From NCBI RefSeq assembly GCF_964194155.1, contig NC_135884.1:24862001-24926000 (forward strand): DNA of 64,000 nucleotides, given 5' to 3'. The DNA comes from Cetorhinus maximus (taxonomy: Eukaryota). Below, piece by piece: positions 1 to 11,100 of the stretch. The first letter of the stretch is position 1; every line of letters starts with the position of its first letter. The notes under the pieces are model-generated. The model did not search any database. It saw only the letters and a list, made by a program, of their open reading frames with translations, and was not told the DNA's origin. The translations under genes were made by a program, and so were the position numbers.

Positions 1-290
1 GGTAAAGGATCGAGAACCAGAAGACACCGATGGCAAAAGAAGCAATGGCAAAATGAGGAAAAACTTTTTTATGCATAGGTGTGGTTAAGGTCTGGGATGC
101 ACTGGCTGGGAGTGTGTTGCAGCAGATTCATGGCTTTCAAAAGTGAATTGGATCATTACCTGAAGGGGAAAAATTTCAAAGTTCTGGGGAAAAGGTGGGG
201 GGGATGGCACTAGGTTAATTGGTCCTGGAGAGTGTTGGCACCGACTCAACAGGCCGAATGGCCTCCTTTTTGTGCGGTGCCAATCTATGG
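1..290 (+). mobile_element. CR1-type LINE 3' end fragment (degenerate)
   Basis: Typical CR1 3' tail (..aaactttttt..gtggttaaggtctgggatgcactg..gaattggat..ggccgaatggcctcct..ctatgg). The same tail recurs at 1409-1625, 2600-2880 and 30530-30670. Confidence 0.65.
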
Positions 291-499
291 TTCTTCAAAG
301 AGCCAATCCAACCCTATTTACAGATCATGGATAAGGCAAATGGGTTGCAGTTTTCAAAGAAGAGCAACTGAGTGCAAAATACAATCATCAAAACATTCGT
401 AAATTAATTTCTAAAACAAAGGTCATGCATGTTAAAATAATGAGTCATAGGAAACTCATCAGAAGCATAAGACACAACCTAAATGACTGATTTCGCAAG

Positions 500-625
500 C
501 CAACAGAACGGTGCCAAGACCTTCCTGTTGTGGAAATTCAGAGGGAACGAAGAAACGGTAAGAAAGGGTTCAGCGGTGAGATTTCAGAGTTGCACTGGTG
601 GCCGGCACTCTGCGCATGTCTGGAG
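500..625 (+). promoter_or_regulatory. TSEN2: Probable TSEN2 promoter / non-coding first exon ending at donor 557|558
   Basis: Local CpG enrichment, ETS-like CTTCCTG (~521), NRF1-like TGCGCATG (611-618) and a good donor ACG|GTAAGA, 1.4 kb upstream of the ATG exon. The TSS cannot be determined. Confidence 0.5.
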
Positions 626-1408
626 CCGCAGTGAGTATCGCAGTGGTTGCAATGTAGCGGTTGTCAGCTCTTGCTGTCGATGGGGGGGTGGGGGCTTGAG
701 TATCGACTTTTCGAATGTTGCTCACTGTAACAATTGTTGGTACCTTTATAAATGTTACGGCTCTTTACAGCGTGCGGAAAAGCTCAGGGGATCCCGCGGA
801 TTGCGGGATGAAGGATGGGGTGCATGTGAGGAGGGTGGAGGAGAAGCAGCAGCAACAGCAACAAGGGGGAAAAGAGTGGCAGTGTAAAGCATGAGGAGGA
901 GGAGGCGCAGTGGAGGGGGGAATAGAAAGAAGGAAAGGGGGGACACTTAATTGGGAAATATGCAGGGGCAGAGGGGATAGCAGACTTAGTGAGGCGATGG
1001 GCAATTGGTAGATGCTATGGAAAGGGTAGCAATAGGGCAGAAGGAGATGGGAGAATAATGGGGAACAGAATTTGGAACCTTGGGAAGAAGAGTTGGGATA
1101 AAAGTGGAGGAAGAGATTGCGGAAAAGGTGGCCAAAGCCTGGTCACCTTTGATACCCTGGGATACCCTGTCCACACATTGACAATTCCTCAACCTCTCCT
1201 CTTGGATATTCTGTAGCCCTGTCACGTTCAGCTGTTGCTGACCATTAGCACAGTTCGGACCGCAGAGTAGGAACCCCTTTTTCATTGATTGCAACAGTCT
1301 GTGATGATTGTATGAAGGGTGGAAAACTGGAGGCCAGGCATTGCTGACTTAAATATATTGAATAGTGAGTTTTGTTTAAATAAGCAACTGTACTCTACAT
1401 AATGAGTG

Positions 1409-1715
1409 GTTAGGATTTACAGTGCACTATCTTATAGGGTGGTGCATATAGATTGAATAGTAGCCTTCAAAGGGAAATGGAATAAATAATTGAAGGAGAA
1501 AAAAATTGCAGGGACAGTGGAAAAGAGAAGGGGAGTGAGACTAATTGGATTGTTCTTTGAAACAGCTGGCACAGACTTGATAGGTCCAAATGGCCTCCTG
1601 TATTGTACTATTCAATGATTCTATGATAGGATAGTCTCAATTCAACTTTTGAACTCAAAAAGGTTTGATGATGTTAAAAATCTCATTTAATTACTTGTGT
1701 TTAAAGGGTTATTTT
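1409..1715 (+). repeat. Local duplicate of 2679-2968 (CR1 tail + unique intron + TSEN2 exon 3 acceptor and first 9 nt)
   Basis: Colinear match from GTTAGGATTTACAGTGCACT through ..GATAGGATAGTCTCAATTCAACTTTTGAACTCAAA.. to TGTGTTTAAAGGGTTATTTT. Confidence 0.85.
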
Positions 1716-1970
1716 AAAATGCTGCTTGCATCCAGCCATGAGATATGCATGGCTTTAAAGGCCCCTCATGGGTCACTGCAAATTATCAGCTGTAGATTCC
1801 ACACAACTGGATTGACATGTATTTTACTTGACAACTCAAAATATTCAGGACCTGACTAATTTGCTCGATAATTGTTTACCCTGCAAATCCCTTTTATAGG
1901 CTATTAAGACTAACTTCCTAATACTTTATTTTGAAGATCCAGAAGTTACTTCAAAGGAATCCTTGGTGCT

Positions 1971-2159
1971 ATGGCAGAAGCAAGCTTTCGTGCACCAAAA
2001 AGAAAGAGGAGAGTGTATGAATCTTATGAAGCTCCTTTCCCTGTGTCACTAACGCAAGAAGAAACCAGTTCAAAAGAACAAGAACATTATTATGCTGAAA
2101 TTATGAATAACAGTGTAATTGTAAGGAAGCCAGAAAATATGCAAGCCCTGTATGGAAAG
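1971..2159 (+). CDS. TSEN2: TSEN2 coding exon 1 (exon 2)
   Basis: [20 protein letters not shown]...MQALYGK; donor AAG|GTATTT. The 5' acceptor is ambiguous (AG at 1898-99 or 1935-36). Confidence 0.95.
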
Positions 2160-5100
2160 GTATTTCAAATACATTAATGACTTGAACTTGAGAAATACAC
2201 AGCACAATTTCAAAATTTGCAGATGATATGAAACTTGTGTAGTGAACAGTGAGCAAGATGGTAATAGACTTGGAGAGGACCTAACAAGCCAAAGGATACA
2301 ATTTTAAAGTGTGATGCAAGAACAGAAACACTCAGGGATGTTTGTGCACAATTCTATGAAGATGGCAAGACAGGTTAACAAATCAGATAATAAAACATAT
2401 GTGATGTCATAAATCAAGGCACAGAATACAAAAGGAATTTGAAGGTGCCAGCTGCAGTATTGTGCCCAATTCTTGGTACCAAGAAGGATGTGAAGGGTTT
2501 AGAAAGGATGCACAAGAGGTTTACTATCATGTTTATTATCATGAAGGCTTCAAATACAGTAAATGAGGAGAAACTGTTTCTAGTGGCTGAAGATAACAAG
2601 GGGGCACAGATTTAAAGTGATTGGCAAAAGAACAGGGGACGACATGCGGAAAAATCTTTTTACACAATGGTCAGGCAAGTTAGGATTTACAGTGCACTGT
2701 TTTATAGGGTGGTGGATACAGATTGAGTAGTAGCCTTCAGAAGGAAGTAGAATAAATACCTGAAGGAGAAAAAATTGCAGCAACAGTGGAAAAGAAAGGG
2801 AGTGGGACTAATTGGATTGCTCTTTGAAACAGCTGGCACAGACTTGATGGGCCAAATGGCCTATGTTGTACAATTCTATGATAGGATAGTCTCAATTCAA
2901 CTTTTGAACTCAAAGATTTAGTAATGCTGAAAATCTCATTTATTTATTTGTGTTTAAAGGGTTATTTTGGAAAAGGAGTGCTGTCCAGAAGCAGACCAGG
3001 TTATAATGTTTCAGACCCTTCTTTAGTTGCCAAATGGAAAGGTAAATCTTCTTTAAACACTTATTTGGCCTGTTTTATTTTTATCTGTTGTTTTATCGTT
3101 TATAGATGATTATTCTTAAATTGTTGTATTACAGAACACTACACATTACTGAAAAGAAAGACATGTTGCCAACACTTCCTGTGTTCCACTCATCAGGACA
3201 AATTCAAGAATGCCAATTTCAAATGACCACAGCCCATAGCTCCCTGTTGTTTTCTCCATGGCAATGCCTTGGACAACTTGCCTTTGTCCTGATGAGTGCA
3301 AGATGAAAAACTGTGGCAATATTCACACTCTGTGCTATCAAGTAATAATAACCAACTGAATTCAATTTGACATCAGGTTATTCACGATCAGTGCCACTGA
3401 GAGAGGGCTGTGTAGATAGTACTGTATTTTTTTAAAATGTGTTTTGTTGGTTCTCTCCATCTCTGCCTACACCACATCAATTATGGTGGTGGAGCAATAA
3501 GTAACTTTTATCCCAGACCAGCTCTCTAAGCTAACTGATAGGTGGAGCTGGATTTAATGTGGGCAATGGGGGTCTCGCCTACCAGTTGGAGAACTGGTGG
3601 AAAACCTGCATTGCTTATCTGACTGGAAGCCAGGCATTTAACTGACTAAGTCAGTTAGTTAGAAGCATTAACATAGCCTGAGATGGATGGGTTTATATGG
3701 GAGAGAAAATAATGATAATACGCAGTGACGATAAAAAGGCTTGTGGTTCTGATGGTTCATTTGCTTTTGATTTGAGTGCTTGGTGCCCACAAAGAGAAAA
3801 ATATGTTTTCAAAAAAAGTTCAGAAAATAGCATAGCACACATTTTTGCACTATTCCACTTTTGGTGTCTTTTTAAAAAATGTTTTTTAAATAAACAAGAA
3901 AAGCAAAAAAAGTTTAGCTTATAAATCAAAGTACAAAAATGTATGTACAAGAAAAGCCCACTCAGTTCACCCAGCCTGTCTCTTCATCCAGGTTGTGTTT
4001 AAAGTTAATGTTATAGAGTGGCTTAATGATGTATTTAGTAAATCAAGTCAAATATCATAGGCCTCAAAGTAGGTTAACGGATGTATAACATAGTAAGATT
4101 TTTACCTATTTGGCATTGAAGAAATTTTGGGTTTTATTCATGTTCTGGCATTATGAAGTTTCGTTCACTATCAATTTACAATATATATGTATTCTGACTT
4201 AACTTGTAAATGTCGAAGAGTAGGTAGCTCAGATTGCAAATGTGCTGTCTTAAAGGAAAATGAGGCCCTTGAAACTATTCAATTTGAGACAGAGAAGATA
4301 TTGAGTACATATGATTATAGTTTTTACCATAATGATTTTTGTTCACTATATCCAGTAAAACAACCAGCATGGTTACCATGAACTACTATGCCAAGAGGGT
4401 GGGTTTCACTTTTAAGGTTGTAACTTTGATTGGCAACTCTGGCGAGCTAATCCTGAACAATTGTGAGCAAATCGATCTAGGGTTGACTGAGGCAACAGGA
4501 AAGAAAGACAGCTCACTTCTATTCAGTCATTCAGTCAGAGTGACTAATAGACTGCTAATTTGTGATAAACTACACAACCACATCTTTGTTATGTGTTATG
4601 TTTAATGGCCTGAGAAACAAATGGAAGTAGATGTACTTTGTTTTGATAACTGCACTCTGTCAATTACTATGCTTCGTGTAACATAAAACACTTTGTTTCT
4701 TCACATTCAGCTTTTCCCCACTAAAGTGCTTTTCAATTTGCTTTCCAAAATGATGGAAGAATGTACCTGACAGCAGGTGCAAAATCATAGTATCTAGTAC
4801 ATATGAGAAGGGGCCCATTGTTACAAACCCAGATTAGGTTTTCACTTACCTAGATATTGGGTAATAAAGATGTTCCCCAGTTTATAGGAGATATGAGGTC
4901 TGCATAAAAGAGTGGCTGGTAATGCTAAATGTGAGAGAATATCTCCTGTAGATATGTGGATTTGTAACAGCAACAATAACCTTGGTTGGGCTTAGTACAT
5001 TGCCTATGCATCCTGACAAAGAAGAAGACAAATTAACTTAAACCTATTGAAGTACATTTTAGGGACACACTGGGAATTCTAATCAAATACTTTTTGCTAA

Positions 5101-8100
5101 AGTATAGTAACATCAGTATATGATTTTCGCATCTGATTAAATGCATTAACTTTATCCTTTTGGTTGTTTATAGATGCCAATCTTATGCACATGCCTATAA
5201 TTTCATCAATGAAGTAAGTTTGGGCCTGTCATTACAATTTTGCCATGTAATTCTGTATTTATATTCCACCTAAAATGCTTCTCAGCTACTAGTTTGTCTA
5301 TTTTTATTGTTGTGAAGAATCATTTTCATTTATTGGAATTCTTGTCTATAATAAGACCCTGAACAGGTTTTACTACTGTTGTTGAATAACATGTATTTTT
5401 GGCTGTTTTTCTTAGACCATTCACATTGTGTGTTTTGTAGGGGAAATAAAACAGTTAATTTGTTAAAATGATGGTTGGAGAGGAAGTATTCTATTTGAAA
5501 ACGAAAATTAATGTGATTAGCTTGGCACAGTTAAGGAAGGAGCACTAAACAAATTTTGGGAGAGTTGTCTTTATGCGGTGTGAAATTTCAATGTTTTTTT
5601 CAAGATCTTATTTACCTTTTTCCCATTCTCATCTGAATTTATTGCCTGTTAATGTTTACTCTACTTTTCTTTTATGCTTCTGCAATGAGTTTTATTGCTA
5701 TTAAAGGCTGTATCATGTGTGCTTACATCTAATTACCTCCCTCACCTTTGCACTGTGGTCCACCTTCATGACATTGCCCTTGTATGTTTCAACTTTCTAC
5801 TGTAGCAATGCAGCCACCAGTGGCTTCTTCCATCTCCGCAGTCACACCTACTGTGGACCATCCTTGGCCCCCTCTTGTTACTCATTTACGTATTACTTTT
5901 GGCAACATGTATATGTATGGGGCAGTTGGTATATGTATGTTGACAACACACAGCTCTATCTCTTCACCGCTTCTGTCAGAACCACAATAGCCCTGTTGTT
6001 AGAATGCCTGACTTAATGTCATGGCTGAGCCAATTAAGTTCCTCCAGCTGAAATTTGGAAAGACAAAGACATTGTATTCAGCCAATGGATAAATCTCCAT
6101 TCTCTTGCCACTAAATCCCTCTATATCCTTAACAACTCACTCAGGCTGTCTCAGACAGCCTGAAACCATCTGCTCAACCAAAACTGAGTTTCAAGCGACA
6201 TACTCTTGACAGTTAATTTTCACTCTGCAACAAAAACCATCTCTGTTCCTTCATCCCGCTTACCATAGTCCCTAATCTACATTTTTTCACCTCCAAACTT
6301 GATTTCTCTTATGCTTTTCTCATTGACCTCTAAAATTGCACCCTGCATAAACTCCAACTTGTCCATAATGTTGCTGTAGTATCCTGCCTAATCAGTGATG
6401 AACTATGCTGGTTCCTGACCACCCAACACCTCACTTTCAAAATCTCCCTCCTCTTTTATAAATCCCTTCAACTCTTTGCTTCACCCTCCCTTTGATCTCC
6501 TGCCCACATTTATCTCATGCCAGCCTTTTTGCTGCTCTCACTCTGGTCTTCCTCACTCCTGTCCCTCCAACCCACCATGGTAGGAGAGCTCTCAAGCTTC
6601 TCAGCCCCACTTCATAGAATCATAAAATCTTATAGAGCAGGAAGAGGCCGTTTGGCCTATCGTGCCTGTGCTGGATCTTTGAAAGAGTTTTCCGGTTCAT
6701 CTCATTCCCCCACTCTTTCTCCATAGCCCTGAAATTTTCTCCTCCTCAAGTATTTACCTAATTCCCTTATGAAAGTTATTATTAAACCTCCCTTCCTAAA
6801 TTCCTCCACCTTTGTTTTCGCTTGTTTTGCCTTTAAAAATATGTTCAATATCTACTAGTAGAAATTCTGACCTTTCATGATCACCCTGCAATGTTGACCC
6901 TATCTTTATCTCTCCACAACTGCTGGGTGTTTCCAGTATTTTCTGATTTTGCTTCAGATTTCTAGCATCATGCAGTATTTTGCATTCTGTTGAAAGTCTA
7001 TCTATTTGATCATAACTCTGCTAACTTCATCACTTCTGCTTTCTGTCCGTTTTATCCCGTGAAATACTTAGGGGACTCATTAGTTTAAAAATGATCATGT
7101 AAATGGAGTTTGGGTTTGTTCTGTGAGGTGTCCCATATGATGAGGTCTAATTAATTAATTTATTCCTTTTAAGTTAAGCACTTAATGTCTGTGTGAAATA
7201 AAACACTCTTGGCCGTCCTCCAATATTACTATGTAAGGAGCTGCAGTGTGTTGTGTGAGAGGGATGGGATGTATAGGTCCCTTTTAACTTCTTTTTGTGC
7301 CTGATCCTGTGTCCACACAGGTCTCTCTACAATAGTGCAGTTCAGAGTAGAAAAGCACTGTGCAGGGCATTGCATGTATCAACTTGCTTCCTACAACCCA
7401 GTGCAATTTTACTTTAATGTGCTGTACTGCCCTTTTTATAAACTTTCTACACAAGACAATTATTTCTTTTCCATGGTTTGTACTTTTTGAGGATGTCTTT
7501 CCTGGGATTGTTATGCAATGTGTAATCACTAGCAAATCTTTCCTTTGTTTTCACTATTGTTACAGGTTTCAGCATCATGTAGAGTGGGCTAAAAGTCTCC
7601 TGCAAGAACAAGGATTGGAGAGCACTTTAATTGAGAAAATGCTTGAAAGTTATATAAAACCTATAGAATTGCCTTGTGATAGAAAGAGCAGTGAATTTGA
7701 TGACAGTTCACAAGAAATAAACATTGACTCCAAAGTCTATACAGCTAAAACAGAACCTGATGAAATAGCTGAAGAAACACACAATGGAGAAATTCATCCT
7801 GCCATAAGCCCTCAAAATAGGACACATTGTTTGGAAGGTGATGCACATTATGATCCTTTAGCAAAATATGGATATGTCGACTGTGAAACAATTGACAGGG
7901 AAGCTGTAGCAAAAGTGCACTGTTCCAGACACAATGATCTCATTATACATTGTGGCTGCCAATATCAAGATGCTATGAAAGAGGCTCTGCAACATAACTC
8001 AATTAAAGATAACAAGATTTCCACAGAGCACGAATATGTACTAGTGGTAGAAAAAGTACCACTGTGTGCTGATAAAGAATTGAATAGAAAAGTGAGTACA

Positions 8101-11100
8101 ATGATTAGAGACTGTGTGAAACCGTGTATTAGAATGCTGGTCATGTGTCTTAAGTCAAATCCAAATACAGCTAAACGCATTCTGTCTGTCTGTTGAAGAA
8201 TACCAGTACAATTCATTCAAAACAGTCTGCTAAATGGAAATGTGTTTTGAATACAGCATTAACTTAACGTGAAATTTAGCTATTTATGTGGCCATTATGT
8301 TCTGAAGATCCATTAAATAGGGTTTGTTATATTCTTTCACACGGGACTACTTGTAAACTAAAATGGAAAGCACTATTGCAAATCCCATTATAAACAGTTA
8401 AGATAATTAGTAATGCACCCATAGCGTGTCAAATTCCAAGCCGCCAAATTCCAAGCCACCAAATACATTCACCTTCTCAAAAAAAATTAACTTGCTTTTA
8501 AAATTCGTGCCGGACTTGATTTTCTGTTCACTGCATCACAAGGTCTCCATCATTCTGGCTTAGAATTAGCTGTACTCTTGATGCTAATTAACATTGAACA
8601 ATCTATAGCATACACTCAGCTCAGCTCTCCCTTAACTGCTTCAAGTCTTGTTCAATCAATACAACCCAGCCACATCACAAATTGCCCATTAGGAGCTTTT
8701 GTATTCATGTTTTAAAACAAGATAGCTTTGCAACCAAGTTGGATTGTATAAATAGAAAACATGCTAAGTGTTTCATGAATACAATATTATGCAATTTTTG
8801 GACCTGACATCATAGCATGCTTTTAATTCCATCTTTTGTGTTTGAACTTCAATTTGTAATTCATAGAAATGTCCTACTCAGTGGAGGTTGTTATGAAATT
8901 TCCAGTTTTAATGGAGTCTGGATAAAGTTTACATTCGTAAAAACAGGAGTAGGCAGTTCAGCCCCTTGAGCTGTCCCCTTGTTTGGTTAGATGATAGCTG
9001 ATGGTGTATTGAGCAGTAGTAAATTCGCTGGGTGTTTAGGATTTCCCATTCCACCAGTAATGGTTGGAAAGTCACATCAGATAAATGTAACAGAATAAAG
9101 GTAACCTCTGGCTTTTGTAGGTTATGTTAACTCCAAGATCAAGAGTTGTGATTCAGGGCTACAGTGTGACTGAAGGACCCTGATGTTCAATGGTATCACT
9201 ATAAATTACACTTTATTAGTGTGCAGATTGGCATTGAGGTGGAGTGGAATGTTCTATGATATCAAGTTGCCTTGGGACTATTACTACATCTAATTATGAT
9301 GCATTTGATTTCATTATCTAGTGCTCTCATTTCATATGAGCATATACAAAACAACGTAATTAAAAGTATTTTGGTTCAAATAATGAATTGGGCTCACCTA
9401 ACGAATTGTTTTCTTCAGCTTGAAGTAACAGAAAGATTAGTCTGCAAGAGGAACCCTTTCAAAGTATTTGAATATCTTCAGCTCAGTTTGGAAGAGGTAT
9501 GATAGAGTCAGTAAATATACAAGGTCTGTAAACTTTATTTTTAAGCAGCAATTAAAGATAAGCATCAGATGGCAGTACCAACTTACAATTTGAAAGAATG
9601 CCTGTTGTTTAATTCACATGTGTAAGATAATATGAGACAGAATGATATTTAATTTTACTTGTTTGATTAGTATGGCTGTTTAATTTTTCCTTGTTATAAC
9701 ATAAGGAACAACTTTAAGTGTGGTTCATCAAATGATACTACATAATGTAGCCATCAAATGGTCATTACTATCATTACCCTTTATACCGAGCATGACTTTA
9801 CAGTGGATTCATGTTTAATATTTATTCATTCACATCTCATAACAAGATTAAACATTTGAGTCATAAAAACAGCTCAAAGATTTTATTTAATTATCACAAT
9901 TATACTTATTGTATCCCTGTTCCTGACATGCAAAACATTTACTCACAGTACATGTGTTTAAATTAATTCCTAACTCCATACTGTTTCAGGCATTTTTCCT
10001 CGTCTATGCCTTGGGATGTTTAACCATTTGTGATAATGAGGTAAGTTTTATGTTTTCTGTTGGCTAGGAAATGATAAAATTGACCTGAGTTCTCCCAATG
10101 GCCCAGCAAGTTATCCATGGAGTAGTTAAGCAATGCAGACCAAGAAAATCCCAGATTCAATCTATAGCCTGTACCGAATTAGCTGATCTCAGCTGAAGTG
10201 GTGATAGGGACAATACAATTGGTCTTCATACTCCTGGTTTAAGATTAGGACTCTTCTCCTCCTACTGTGCCAACCTCTTCATCCTTCACTTGTAAACTCA
10301 AGCCTGGATGTTTATTTTGCATGTTTTGTGCCCAGAAAATTACTGACTGATATTTTGAATTTGAAATCTATGGGAGTGTTTTTGAAACACCAGTGTCTTT
10401 GAAAGTATATCATCTGGATTAATCTGTCCACTAAAAATGCAGAGATTAAATTAGGGAAAGTTGGTTTAAATTAGGGAAAGTTGGTGGTTGAGAGTTCAGT
10501 GGTGGTATCATTTTCTAGAATGCTCAGTTTGGATAAAACTGTACGGCAATGCTGTATTACATGGGGTTTAATTTCTTGTTATTTGTTTTAAATATGCATG
10601 AGCATGGCAAGGTTAATGTACATTTATATGTACATTAATGATTTTAAAAGGAGATTGAGTGGGCACTTGAAGGAAATAAATTGGCATTGCCATGGGGATA
10701 GAGCTGAGGAATGGGATTTACTGGATTATTCCCTGGAGAGCCAGCATTGGTTTGATGGGCTGAATGGTCTCCTTCAGTGCCACAAATAAAGGACTTTAAA
10801 ATTACTTCCTGATACAGGTTACAGTTCTTATGGATTCTGATTGTTGGTCCTGTTAATTTTCTGGTGCCTTTCTCTTGGCAAGTAATATGATTAACAGTAA
10901 GCACAAGAGATGGACAAATTCAGCTTGTTGTTAAATGTTGAAATTTAGTATACCTGATTTTCCTATAATAGTGGGTTTCGCAGTGCATATTAGGATCAAT
11001 CTGGCATGTAAAATGTACACTGAAAGCAAGAAGTGACATTTGATAGTAAGGGTTGAAATAACAGTTGTGTGGCCCCATGTAATGGTATTTTTTAATTTAA

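Noticed and set aside
483-1294. Several ORFs at the TSEN2 5' end
   Set aside because: Purine-rich promoter/intron 1 sequence with low stop density and no homology.
7360-8196. 278-aa ORF as a standalone gene
   Set aside because: It is TSEN2 exon 5 (7566-8091) with the frame open by chance into both flanking introns.
10446-10485. Perfect 20-bp tandem duplication (similar short ones at ~8430-8465, ~21707-21745 and ~53815-53856)
   Set aside because: Two-copy slippage events without spacers; not a CRISPR-like or functional array.
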